A stretch of 63,972 bases of DNA, counting the filler, from Choristocarpus tenellus KU-1152 (Eukaryota; Protista; Phaeophyceae): the NCBI GenBank assembly GCA_964200185.2. It is 8 parts of 8 records of this genome, joined end to end, with 100 filler letters (N's around TTAATTAATTAA, not from the genome) between each part and the next. Parts side by side here need not be neighbours in the genome. Positions count along the whole stretch, not along the records: positions 20,718 to 33,457 come from CAXNAD020001723.1; positions 33,558 to 36,458 come from CAXNAD020023792.1; 6 more parts are not named here. One strand, 5' to 3'. The notes under the pieces are model-generated. The model was not told the origin of the DNA. It did no database searches and saw nothing but the letters and a program-made list of their open reading frames with translations. Positions within the stretch are counted from its first letter, which is position 1. Every line of letters starts with the position of its first letter. The position numbers and the translations under genes are program-made. This document shows, piece by piece, positions 23,801 through 36,558 of this stretch.

Positions 23801-26800
23801 ACTTCATCCCTTCCCAAAACAGGTGTTCAGTAGATTGTACCCTCCCCCAAACCTGAGGGTTGAACCCCTCGAGGTTGATGTATGGTTCAAGGAATTCAAT
23901 AGTCTCCTCATTTATCTTGTCCTTGCCCATCTTCCCGAAGTCGACAACATTGTTGAGGAACTTGGGATCAGACATGCATGACAAGCCATAGGGCTTGAAG
24001 CTGGTCTCGAAGAAATCAATCTCCTGTTTGGCGATGTTCAGCTTGAACGCCTTCACAGGAAGCGTCTATATATGTATTGAGGTGGCGGTGGCACAGTAGC
24101 GGAACATCACAAGTGTCATTTGGTGTGCCAGTGAGAGGGGAAGGAAGAGGATAGGGGGAGGTTAGGGAGATGAAGCAAAATACTGTACAATTTAAGAGGA
24201 AGCCCAACAACTGGGAGGGGTCCGATGTGCAAGAAACAGATAGGGAATACCGTTGATTTACACGTATCTACCTATTCATAGTAATATACTTTGAAGTATA
24301 ATATTTGGTACTGCTTCCAAGTTTACTCAGTTTAAACTTTTCACTGCGCTTAATAAATATTATCCTACAACAGCTGATAGAAGAACCACATTCACCCTCT
24401 CTGGTGACACTCTTTAATTTTTACTGCAAGACAGTACAATACAGATTTTTTCATTTGTTGTACTGAACTGCTTTCAACTAGTGTATTTCAGAAGCAATGA
24501 AACTGTGCTCTAGACTTTGTGCCGTGCACTGTGATGAATCTCCAGATCAGTAATCAGCAAGTAGAGATGGTAGTGTTTGCTCACCGGTGAGTGGAACAGG
24601 AGGAGAACACAGTCAAACACCATTTTGATCACATCAGCCGGGTTGGGCAGCTTCTTCACCTCCTGGATATGCGCAGGCTTGATGGAGCTAATGGCTTTGT
24701 CAGCCTGTTTATTTAAGATTTTTTGAGGTTGATTATGGCTGTGTTGCTATCATGTCGTTGCTAGAATATGTTTATGCAGTTGAGCAGGTCTTTGGAGATA
24801 TGTGGGTGCCCAGAGTGTGCACGTGCTTGTTCAAATGTGTGTGCTGATGATGGTGAATGTAATGGGCTCAAAGCATCTGGGGGGGGTGGCGGCTGTCCAT
24901 TCAGGGTCCATTTTTCCATGTCACGATTTTTGAGTGAACTTGGTTGCATGCGTCGGATGGGTAATGTAAGTTCACTTCTCCTTTTCAAGGCCCAAATAGA
25001 CACCTTGGTGTAGACCCCCCCCCCCTCCCAGGTACTTTGAGCCATGCGATTTTTCATTTGACAACAAATCAATGTCAATAAGCCATATTCAACACTGCAG
25101 TATAAGTTCATTCCACAAACAGACTCAAATCACAAGCAGCAGCATGGAGCAATTGGTGCACCTGGTCGACAAAAGGCTGTGCTTTGGCGAGGTCGTTCAT
25201 GCAAGATTCCTTCTCTGCAGAAATCCTCCTTGCATCATCTTCGCACTTGGATTTGATAGATGAGACCTAGTTTAGCAATCCCCCATAACCAAAAGATTGA
25301 CAAGTGCGCGGTTGATTAGAATATCTCTGTGAATAAGATTTCAACATGTCAATGAACCATGTCTGCAAGCTCGATGTGCATTAAGGAAAAAATCTTTACT
25401 TCAGTATTAAAAAACTTCAATACTTTCAAGCATTGTCCAAGAGTTGTACAACTCATTCTTCTGCCTTTTTGCCTATCTGTTGGGATATGCTCCAGAATAC
25501 GAAGCACTCGAGTGATTCAAAGTCCAGCAGATTGTGCTGAGGCACTCTTCTTGTGCGCACCTGTTCTCCCTCCTTCCTTGCCTCTGCAGAAGATACTTCC
25601 AGGCTCTCAAGCATCTTCATTGTCTCTGCTGTTGCCACCTGTTCCGATTGTGACCAACACTATGTTTACTACGATTTCATATTATGTTGTATTTTCTAAT
25701 GCCTCGTAGTGCTTAGATGAACAATAAATGTTCTGTTCTGCCCAATGTTGGTGCTATGTTACGGTAGTCTCCAGTACTACTTGGTTTGGAACTACTTGGT
25801 ACATGGTGATGGACTGCTTACCTTCTCGTACTTGAACTCACACAAAGGTCTCATGCTTAGGATGATCCTATCACTGTGGAGAATCACAGTCTGACGAACT
25901 TGTGGACATTCTGTACAGTCAAGGAAAGGGCTAGCACAGACTGGCGGAATGTTTTCTACTGGGAAAAAAGCACACAAGGGCATCATGACCTGAAACAAGT
26001 CTTTTTTTTGTGAAAGATAGTAACCTTACATCTCTTGGGAAACACTCAGTTTGCCATTCACAGTCGCATTGTAGTATTGTGTGAGGTGTAAGGACTATAA
26101 TACCCAGTTGCATTACCCTACTCTTCCATCCTCCTGCACCATGCTAAACCTAGAGTCAGTTTTGTGCCTCTATTTGCATATAGGATGATTTGTAGAACAT
26201 GTACTCCACAGAATATCAACAACCCTGTTGCATTCTTCACCATAGGAGGTCTAGGTACCAATTTGGCATGGTCCAGGTGAGCAGATTGGTATTGTGAGAG
26301 AGCACCCCAAAAAAGTGCAGATCACTCTGAACTCATACAGTTACAAAATGGTACATTAATGTACAGATTGGACCTGGAAACGAGATAGTTTGCACCTGCT
26401 CGTAACTCTGTCATGAATTGAACCATCCACTTGCCTCAAGCTTCTTCTGCTCTTCTGCTAGGACAATTTTCATGGCCTCTACATCCTCTGCTCCTTGGAT
26501 AAGCTTCTGAAGCCCAAGGTTGAGGCGCTGCTCCTTAACCTGTTAGTGCTCGACCATTGAAGAACGAAGACAATCAAAGACAGCCAAGTAAATGAGTGGT
26601 ACCCAGGTTGACTGTTTTGCATTTTTAGAAAGTTTTTTTTGTTAATCTTTTGCAAGTACCCCATATTTCCATGGATGAAATACGAAGTTAGATTTGAGAG
26701 TGTCAATTTCTCTATTGTTTGAAACATTTCAACGCAGTTCAGAAAATGTTCTCTACGAATTCGAAAGAATATACGAGCTTTGCACTTATTTGCCAACATT

Positions 26801-29800
26801 CTTAAAAAGAAACTCTGGCTACCTCCCGTTTACCTTGACGCAGCACAACATAGGGGTGAAGGTGATGGTAAGAGGCTGACGAGTGAAAGTATCTTAGAGG
26901 TCATGAATTTTTCCCTGTTTGTCCTTTTTGGGATTGGCTTCCCACGGGTTTTTTATGACATGTTATGAAATGGTGTGTCCAGAACAAGGATATTGACATC
27001 TCCTAACAAAAACGATGACTGAAATTACATTAAAATTACAACACTGGATTTTGACCCCAACTGGATGCGGCTCTACCCTCAAAGATACTTTGACTCTGAC
27101 GCTAATGTTGAAAAGGCGTAAATATGGTGAATAGAGGGAATGAGCCTAGGTAGTACGCAACTTTAACTGACTGGAATTGTGCTGCAGTGCCCTTTAATTG
27201 ATATGCTCTCTGCAACTTGGTACGTGCATATTGCAGAAATTATGGCAATGACAAGTTTACACCACTCCTTTTTGTTGTCGACCTATTCATATCATGTTTG
27301 TATAATTATATTTGCAGTAGCCCCACAATTCAAATTTACCTTGAGATCCTTGAGCTTCTCAGCATACATTGCCTTGTACAGCTGGATGAATGATAGATAG
27401 GACTTCGGGGTTTGGTAGACCTGACGCCGAATCTTCGTGAAATACTCATCACAAACCTTTGAAGTACAGTAGGTGGGGTACACATTAGGATGGTGTGGGA
27501 TTCACTCTATACCCTCTAAAGCGGTGAGCTGTTAATAATAATACCGCTCACATGCAGAATGCACTGGCTACTGAAAATTCGCAAAATGTGTTCGAAGATT
27601 GTATTGGGCAGTGCAAAGCTTCATAAGAGGACACATACTTCTTCACAATCTCATCCTCAAGTTGACCCTACAGTCAGATGTCACCCACCTCAGTAACCAT
27701 TCGATGCACAACACCCATGTGTGTCATCAACTTTGTTTTTACATCCTCTGGACATTCCATAGGGAATTCATTCACCAGCCCCTGGGCTACAGAAACCAAT
27801 GCTTCCTCAGGCCACGGGAGGAACCAGTCAATTGTGGGGCCAGAAACAAGCCCAGGGAATTTCCTGATGGTAATGGGAGGTAAAGTGGGGAGGAGGAATG
27901 TATAACATTGCATACTTTGTCCTTGAGCAGTACTACTTTCTAAGAATAACACTTGTACAACTCCGATCACATTTTCATGTTTTGGCTCTCATTGCATATT
28001 GGTCGCATTTTGGTTGCTTGCCAATGTGCCCACATATCATGCACATATTTCCGTGTAGTGTGCATAGTATATAGACATATCTATGTGAGATAATGTCAAA
28101 AATCACCTCAACGCCCAAGAATTTAGGGAATAGTTTTGAGGAAATTGTGAGAACTGAATTCCAGAGAAGGAAGCCATAGAGCACCTGGAGTTCAGAACTT
28201 GGTTGCGTGTTGTAGAAGTTTCAGGGTGCTACAGAGCATCTCAACATAGCTGGAGGGTCAGTACATAAGAATACACGAATTCTGGATTGTAAGTTGGCCT
28301 CTTGTCTTGGCATTCCATCCACTCTACCCCTCCACCATTATAACACCACTAGTGACCAACCAGTGCGACCAATCTTTGCAACTGATTTCCAGTCACCAAC
28401 CACATCCAGCGACCAACCAGTGTGATCAATCTTCGTAACTGATTCCAATCACCAACCCCATCCGGTGACCAACCAGTGCGTCCAATTTTTGCAACTAACT
28501 TCCAGTCACAACTATATCCGAGGATCAACCAGTGCGACCAATCTTCACCACCACATTCCGCTCACCAACTAATGCAGCCAATTTCTTGAATCCATTCAAC
28601 TTCCTCCAAAACACTTTCCACCACTTTCCACTACACCACTTTCCACTACACCACTTTCCACTACATCACTTCAATCTCCACCACACCACTCAACACCACT
28701 CCACATTTATCCAAGGACATCACTTCAATCTCCACCACACCACTCAACACCACTCAACATTTGTCCGAGAACACCACTCCACTACACTCCACTACACTCC
28801 ACTTTTTTCTTCTAAGAATTGCTCCACAACACATTCTACTACTTTCCACCACACCATACCACACCATAACACTCCATATTTATCCAAGAACACCCCTTCA
28901 TAGTCCACTTCAATACTGTGCCTTTGAACTAGAACACATCTACCCGCCTGACCTTGACCTCCCCCCCCCCCTTCCCCAGCATCCCACTCGATTGTGAGTA
29001 ATCGAAAGGAGTGTGGGTGTGAAAGATTGCTCAGAGGTTGCCTTGGTCTTGCCCTGCTTATCCTGCACCACCACTGATAGCTTTGCCTTTAGTACTGCCC
29101 CTTTCCTTCCTACCTCATACCTCCACCTACAACTCATTTTTGAACTTCTCCCCTCCCTCTTTTGCTTCCTAGCTACCCAGTCCTTAACTTTTTGCTCACC
29201 TTCCAATTCTCTTCTTGTTACCCTTTCCAACACTCAGCCTATCAGATGCATTCCTTTCTACGAATTCTCCCACTCACAGAGCTCAGATTACTTCATAATC
29301 TTCCCCTTCATCAAATGTTATCGTATTTTTTTTTATTATTATACCTTGCATAATAGAGTTAGACTAAAATGAATGCTTTTCAAGAAGAAAAATCGAAAAA
29401 AATTCTCGAAGGATTTCTCAAACTCGTTGCACACCTGGCCCTGACCGGAAACTTTGGGTTAAGTGGCGACATGCATAGTATTAGGTGGAGGTTGTCTCGC
29501 ACGCAGTCAATGAAGTACTGCTTCATGTTATCCTGTGTCTCTTCCATCCCTGGGCGGGCCTGTGTATTCAAGTATGGACAAATGCAGTAGGAGGAGCATC
29601 AAGAAAACCAATGGATCCACCTAGGCTGAAAGGAATAAGCCGACTGGAGGAAACTACAGCGTTGTTTCCATTGTTTGAGAAGGGGAAGCGCCCATTATAG
29701 GTTATTGAGTGGTACTTTGAGGGTGCTCAAGACAAATTACCATCTGGAAAGAGTTAAACACTGAAGGAAGAACATACTATATGTACTTTCTCAACTGTAT

Positions 29801-32800
29801 CAAAGATCTTCGATGTGCAGATATCCTGACAAAAAATATATGCTGTACTACAGAATAAAATAGGGCAAGGTACAAATGCATCCCAAGTGCACTGCTTGAT
29901 CTAAACCTGACTGACTAATGGTTGCATTGCACTCATACGTAGGCCAATTAGTTTGATCAGCAAACGGCAACACTATACATTCTCTCTGACCACTACCACC
30001 AGGAATGCCAAGGACTCCACAGCAAATATGACTATATATTCAAGTACATCCAGAGAGGTCACTTCATATCCCACCTTGAGGAAGGAATTGCGGAGGTCAG
30101 CTGTCATGGCCATCATTTCGTCCTTAGCAAAGAGACCTGGAATCTCACCAGTCATGAGGACTGAGTTCATGAGTTCCAGGAATACCTAGCAGCGATATAG
30201 ATAAAACATGAAAAAAAATTATAACTAAGTGGCCGTATGAGGGCCTTAAGCTTGCTCTATCAGCTGAAAAAATTACTCTCCTATTTAATGTGGGCCTACT
30301 CCTTTCCCCTCCTGTCTATCCTTGGCACACCTTCACTGAGAAGTCTATTTCTATAGCACAGACTGATCCTAAGTCAGCCTTGTGATGCAACCTTGTGATA
30401 CAACCATGTGATGAAATGAAACTGAACATGTCTTCAACTTGTTCAAGTGCTAAAAAATATAGGAATTACTACCCGTGGTCTGCTGAAAAGCCAAAGACCC
30501 TTAATTCCACTCTACTATAGACACAGATGCAGGCATGGCCATGGTCATATGGCATTTGATCAGAGAAATGTTGCTGACTGCGATATTGAAACCCTGTCTC
30601 CCCTACTCAATTTCACGTATGTTTCTAATTAATAGAAAAGTGTGGCAGCTAGATCATTATGCTGTTTTAGAAAATCAAGACACCACAAAAGTTTCTCACT
30701 TCATCTTTGATTTCTGCCTCAGTAAAGAGGAACACAGTTGGCTTGCGTAAGTGGCCCGCATTTTTGTACATGAACCTGGTGAGGAAAATGTTAAGGATTT
30801 GTTGTTGTTCTGGATCAGGTTTGACGATTGATATGTTTCCCACACATTGCTGGGTTTGAGGACGAGCAAAGGCGGAACTAGGATCTGATTCAATATTTTA
30901 AACCATCTGAAAGAACATTTCGAGTGAATTTGCTAGAGAAATCGATTGCACTAGATCATTCATTAGTCATTGTACTTTCAGGTTCATGATACTGGCTGCA
31001 AGACATTCCATGGAATGGTCCGCACTCTTGATTTTTGTGCTGTATCCACATATCGTCTTTTGCATAGCCATGGCCTACAAAAAGGCACCAGCAATGGGAG
31101 TATGAGTGAAATGTTTCAAACTATTCTGTTGAAAGATGTATGTGCATATGGGTGGGGGAGATGATTGGGGTGTGAAAGTACTTTTTAAAGTGGTTGTTGC
31201 AAAGATCAAAATATATGCACTTAGGATTGCACTTAGGATTGACTCAGCATACTCAGCCATATGAAATTGCATCATCCAACTCTTCATACCAGTATTAGAA
31301 GCTGTCCTTACCTGAGGTCTTCCATGAAGCTGTTCACGTTGTACGTCTTGGTCAGTGTGATCTGGAAGCATACAGCGCGGGAGATATAACTTGCAAGTCT
31401 TGTAAGACTTTGCTTTCCTGATCCGCCCACGCCCACCAGGAGTGCTGAGCCTCTGGGCATCTCAATGAGGCGATTGAGGCGCAATAAATGCCGCAAGGCA
31501 TCATCGAAGAGGACAAGCTCCAGCTAGAGGTCAGAGAGTAGGAGGGAACACGAATGGATTAGAGGAGAGAGGAAAGGGATTCGAACATGGCAAGCACTGG
31601 GAATGGTTTCCAGCATCATTCCTATTAGACTTTCAGTATCAGTCCAAATTCACAAAGTGTGTGCCTCCTTCAGCAAGCCAGCACCAGTGCAGTACTTGAG
31701 GGGTGGCTATAGAATCTTGTCACAGCCAACTTGAAGGGGAAATGTTGGCATTTTGTGTTGTGCAAAGCTGTAAAAGTCCCTATTTCAGCATACTTCAATG
31801 AAGGAAGGCCTTTTCCCCCAATAAAATGTTGCAGAATATCGTTGTCAACTGAAACGGTAAGAAGGGCAAAGAATGGTATCCATCAAGTGATCACCTTCTT
31901 CGCAGGGAATTCGTCATTATGCTTGTTCATAAATTCCTTGACGCGATCACAGATATCTGTCAGCAGACCTCCAGGTTCATACACCTGAACAGAGGCCATG
32001 GAGATTTCATTGGATGCCACACCAGTGCTCATGTAGGCAAGCTGTAATGATGACACCAATTGTGAATCTGAGTAGTGGCAATAATATTCTTTCCATGGAG
32101 CAATCATGAGGTAGAGGAAGAATTTCAGTTGGAGGACAAGAGGGAGGAAGAATAATCTGTGAAAAATATCGATGTTGTTCACAGCACTGTTGTAGCAAAA
32201 CATTTGGGATTCCCATTATACACACTTTTGAAAGAAAAGAGATAGAAATCCATCTGACGACATTTTGCAGCATACAGCGATGATGTTATACAAGGCATCA
32301 ACATACCACAATCTGATGAAGATACCTATAATTGAAAGTAATATATTTATTCCCAAGTGCACAGGCACACACAAAATCCAGCATCCTCCCAAAAAATAGA
32401 GATTGAAAATACTTTATCTGAACAGAACCTCCTCATTGCCCATAATGCATTCAGATTAGTCCCTCAGTGACACCATTGTCAATATTTTCAGGAACCTCCC
32501 TCACAATGCAAGGACATCTCAGCATGTAGTTCACCATCCTCTATTAAACCCATAGTATTTCAAGTGTTTTAGTGTTTAACCCTACAACACATCCTGGTGT
32601 ATAAAAGGAGTTGGTTTTACCCTTGCTTCCTTATTGACCCTCACTACTCCTGTACTCACCTTCGGAGCTTCTTCCACAAGCGCCCCATCCTCGTCGAACA
32701 CATCATCCCTGAGAAAATTGACCATGTAGAAGTCCGGCTTTGTCTTGTCCATGAGGTCTTCCCCAAAGACATCTCCCACCAACGATGAAAGATATTTCTC

Positions 32801-32815
32801 AAAATATTCCTTGTC
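20872..32815 (-). CDS. Axonemal dynein heavy chain (outer-arm gamma / DNAH5-8-like), internal fragment: AAA3-4 linker, AAA4, stalk/MTBD, start of AAA5
   Basis: About 18 phase-consistent exons. AAA4 P-loop [19 protein letters not shown]; [13 protein letters not shown]; [25 protein letters not shown]; [15 protein letters not shown]; [10 protein letters not shown]; [12 protein letters not shown]; [12 protein letters not shown]; [19 protein letters not shown]; [12 protein letters not shown]. Confidence 0.96.
24865..25043 (+). mobile_element. MITE family 2 (179 bp, poly-G/poly-C TIRs) in a dynein intron
   Basis: GGCTCAAAGCATCTGGGGGGGG ... CCCCCCCCCCTCCCAGGTACTTTGAGCC; ATG flanks both sides (24862-24864, 25044-25046). 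Confidence 0.8.
26881..27096 (+). mobile_element. MITE family 1, internally deleted (216 bp), TSD TGAC
   Basis: Same TIRs and internal sequence as 18543-18800; TGAC at 26877-26880 and 27097-27100. Confidence 0.92.
28352..28570. repeat. ~56-57-bp minisatellite x~4, intronic
   Basis: Unit is approximately GACCAACCAGTGCGACCAATCTTTGCAACTGATTTCCAGTCACCAACCACATCC. Confidence 0.8.
28610..28880. repeat. CAC/CACTA-rich low-complexity tandem repeats, intronic
   Basis: CCACTTTCCACTACA x3 and duplicated CATCACTTCAATCTCCACCACACCACTCAACACCACTC. Confidence 0.75.
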
Positions 32816-33406
32816 CTGAGTTTGTCAGGACCAATGGGACTTGTGTTTTTCTATTTGTTACATTGTGGTTTGAATTGTTTGTTTTTGTGTTAAGTTGGTT
32901 GGTAGACTGATTGTCTATGTTTCTGGTTGTTTTAGCTAGTGGAGAGAAAGGCTGATTTGTTGGTGTTTCTGGTTGATGGGTGGAACCGAGGACTTGGGGC
33001 AGACTGAATACTTATTCTATTCATCCACTGGCAGTCCAGACCAGAGATGTGGGTTTCAATTATGACTTCACCTCTCAACAAAAAACTTGAAGTACAACAT
33101 GCAAGACAGACAGCTGGCTAGCGTATACCTCAGTATCGAAATCATGGAGGTGGTGGTCAAGACAAATGAAATGTCCTCCTATATAGGTATCATCAAGGTG
33201 ACATGGACTGTATATTCCGTCCACCAACCAGCTGCTGATGCTTTGAGACAGTGTGACACACATTGTAGGTGAAATGACCACAGCATTGTAGCTTGGATTT
33301 TGGCTGGTATACCAACATCAGAAGTTTATTGCTTGTTGTCCTGAAAGCACTCGGCTGTACATCAGACAATTCCATGGTTGAAGTACTTGTGAAAGGTGTA
33401 TACTTT

Positions 33407-33457
33407 GAGCCAAAGTATCTTAGAGGGTAGAGCCGCGTCCATTTTGGGGGCCAAAAT
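33407..33457 (-). mobile_element. MITE family 1, inverted, truncated at contig end
   Basis: GAGCCAAAGTATCTTAGAGGGTAGAGCCGCGTCCATTTTGGGGGCCAAAAT is the reverse complement of the family right end. Confidence 0.85.
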
Positions 33458-33557
33458 NNNNNNNNNNNNNNNNNNNNNNNNNNNNNNNNNNNNNNNNNNN
33501 NTTAATTAATTAANNNNNNNNNNNNNNNNNNNNNNNNNNNNNNNNNNNNNNNNNNNN
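33458..33557. other. Artificial contig spacer
   Basis: N44-TTAATTAATTAA-N44. Confidence 0.98.
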
Positions 33558-35789
33558 CGTCTTGCCCGGTGATTCTCTTCGCCACCCTTGCCTGAGTGAA
33601 CCACGCCGCCACAGAATCACACGATTCACATGTAGTAGTATATAATTATTTTATTGTATGGTAGAAGTACAACAACAGTATTTTATATTGACTAATAATA
33701 TAGAAATCACTCCATATATTGATATATTTTGACATTTAGGGTTGATATTAAAAGTCCTACACCTTATTAGGTGCTAGAGTGAGTGACTTGGGTTGTTGCG
33801 TTGGTGGTGGTGACGGTTGTGAGGGTTCTCCTTCATAGCAACCAACACGCCAAAAACTTAGGCAAGGTCTAGGTTGCCGTGTGACGTTTCTTGCAGTACC
33901 CCAAGATCACCCGTACAATCTCTCGCATACATTGCATTGGACTAAACTTTTGGTGGTGGGATAGGCCATTTGTGTAACAAATTAGCAGTTTTTGCAGTAA
34001 AGCTTTTGCGGACTCTGGCTGAGGTCCCACGTTATAACTTCTGGTTTCAGGGATTAAACCTCTTTCTTACCCACGACGGTGCTATTCTCCGGAGAAAGCT
34101 ATTGAAGAAGGGAGGGGGGATTGGTTACCGCGAACTTGGTTCTTGCCTATTGCGAGATCATGGGACGCTACGAGAGTCTTGTGCGACGTCTATACCAGGT
34201 ATGACATTCTATGACTGTTTTATTTTACTCTCTTGGCACTGGTTGAGCAGGTATGACGTGGGAAGTTCGTACCAGTAAGAAATGGTTTGAATTCTGTTGT
34301 TCACATCTTGTCGGTCAATCGCCATAGCACTCCTATACGTGAAGACTCGTCTTTTCCTTGACCAAGGCAGGAAGGAATAAGTCGCAACTAAGCATATATT
34401 TCCCGTAGTGGATGGTTAGTGTCTCGATTCTATGTTGGAAACGCTCGAGTCTCAGTACGACTTGTCTAGGTTGCTGGAGAGACGCTGTTTTAGGTCACTA
34501 GATCAGACCACGTAGTTGCGAAAGCTATTACACAACATCACAGCGCACCTCTGATTTCATAACTTGAACAAATCTGCAATGGATATGAAAGGGGGATAGT
34601 GATTTGGTTCTCTTGAAAGTGCCGTTGTGTCTGGTCGGTGCAAGTGATTGCGTAGTAGCACCTGACTTCTTCAGTTGAGGTAAGAATTGAATAACGGTGG
34701 TATGACGTGATTGACAATTTATTTTCGCACCTATCGAGAAGTTTGGCACAACATCACCTCACACTACCTGGCGGGTTTATGACTGAGTGCTATTGCGACT
34801 CAACGATAAGACAGAGACCACGAGGAGTTCCTTTTGCAAATAGGGGAGAAGTTTGCAATATACAGCGTTGCTTCTGACCTAGGATATGCTTGTGCACCTG
34901 TTTTCCCCCAATGCTTTGGCCCAATGCATTTGGGTGATTCGTTGCTATGCATTGCACGTGGGAGACATTTGTGATACATAAGCTCCCATTGCTGACGAAA
35001 AGTTTGTTTGAATATGCACATCCCAGCATCCGATCCTATCCCTGCCGCACTTCATGCAAGGCTCCAAGTATTGCAAGCATTTCTGCTGGCCATATCTGCA
35101 CGATCATTATTGCCCCTTGATGCGGTTTTCAAGGTATCAAGAAGATAGTAATGACCTTCAAACCTGACTAACCCGGCTATGGTCACCTCAGCAACATCAG
35201 TTAGTTTGAGCAGGGATTACCAGGGTTCATCGTTAGTTGGAATGGGTCGTTTTGTCTGAATGCAGTGATGTCAACTGCTGGCATCTTTATCACAACCTAA
35301 CTTGCATCAAGACCAGACTACCTTGAGGTGCTTGCTCCGTGTTCATAGTAGCTTATTGTCTAGCCAGTACCTGATATGATAACTAAATGGCAACGGGCAT
35401 GGTGCACCTCTCAGCCCTTCCATATCCTGTGGTGGCAGAGCAGTTTTTTTCTTTTTTCTTTTTTCTTTTTTTCTTAATTTTGTGCACAGCAGTGCGGTGT
35501 ATTTTCAGAGACATTAAAACTGTCACGTAGACCTTATCCACTCACTGCTGATGTCGGCATTACGTTTCGAAGATGTTAAGATACTCACTGCGGGTTAAGA
35601 TCCACTCAGATGGAAGGACAGGGGGGACAAGAAGAGGTGGGACTTGTGTCGTGGTGGTGGGTCCCTCACCCTAAGACGTACCGAATAGGTCAAGCTTGCC
35701 TAACCCAAAGCCGGGAACATGGGAAGAAACCCTGTCCATTCTTTGCTTTTTGGGCTCTTCACAGCATTTGTTGTGGATAAGCTAAAGTG

Positions 35790-35903
35790 CTCAATTGAAT
35801 TAGATACCATTCTCAATTGAATTAGATACCATGCTCAATTGAATTAGATACCATTCTCAATTGAATTAGATACCATTCTCAATTGAATCGAGAATTAGAT
35901 ACC
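35790..35903. repeat. 22-bp tandem repeat CTCAATTGAATTAGATACCAT(T/G) x~5
   Basis: Near-perfect head-to-tail units containing the palindrome TCAATTGA; no spacers. Confidence 0.9.
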
Positions 35904-36458
35904 TGTCTGTATGTCCACATATATATATAAGCCAAAAGTACAAATATATGCCTCGAACATGACACCGCTGCGACAAATAGGGGGATTGGGTCGCTTCTTG
36001 ATCAGCCAGTAGGCGCCTGTTGCTGCTTCTGTGATGATCAATTGCAGAGATTTTGTCTGTGTTGACCCATGTGTATCAACATGCCATCCCTGATCGCAGT
36101 GTGCCCGACGCTGATGGTGTACCTGGGATTATTTGATTATTTGACAGCAGTTGTGGTTTCATGCTGGGGATGTCATTAGTGTCTTGGTGTGTGGGTGTGA
36201 GGCATTGCATGTAAGCGGTGCCGTGTGTAGGTATTTTTTTTATTATTGTTGGGGATTTTTTGTATTATTGTTGGGGATTTTTTGGTGGTATGTTGTGATC
36301 CCCGCCTATAATTAAAACCTCTAACAAGCATCAACAAGGTATTAGTACGCATTACTTGGATATATCACAGTTTTTGCCTATGCCTCTTCTTCCCCTACCC
36401 CCTTACCCCCCCCCCCCCCCCCCCCCCCCGTCCTTTCTTCCTTTATGGGTGGGAGGGG

Positions 36459-36558
36459 NNNNNNNNNNNNNNNNNNNNNNNNNNNNNNNNNNNNNNNNNN
36501 NNTTAATTAATTAANNNNNNNNNNNNNNNNNNNNNNNNNNNNNNNNNNNNNNNNNNNN
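36459..36558. other. Artificial contig spacer
   Basis: N44-TTAATTAATTAA-N44. Confidence 0.98.

Noticed and set aside
18543-27096. MITEs as introner elements that create introns
   Set aside because: The copies lie inside larger pre-existing introns or intergenic DNA, and their ends do not coincide with exon boundaries.
28352-28570. CRISPR-like repeat-spacer pattern
   Set aside because: The intervening segments are homologous to each other, so this is a minisatellite.
28532-28997. His-rich ORFs
   Set aside because: Translations of CAC repeats within a dynein intron.
35790-35903. CRISPR-like array
   Set aside because: Head-to-tail units with no unique spacers, no cas genes and a eukaryotic context.
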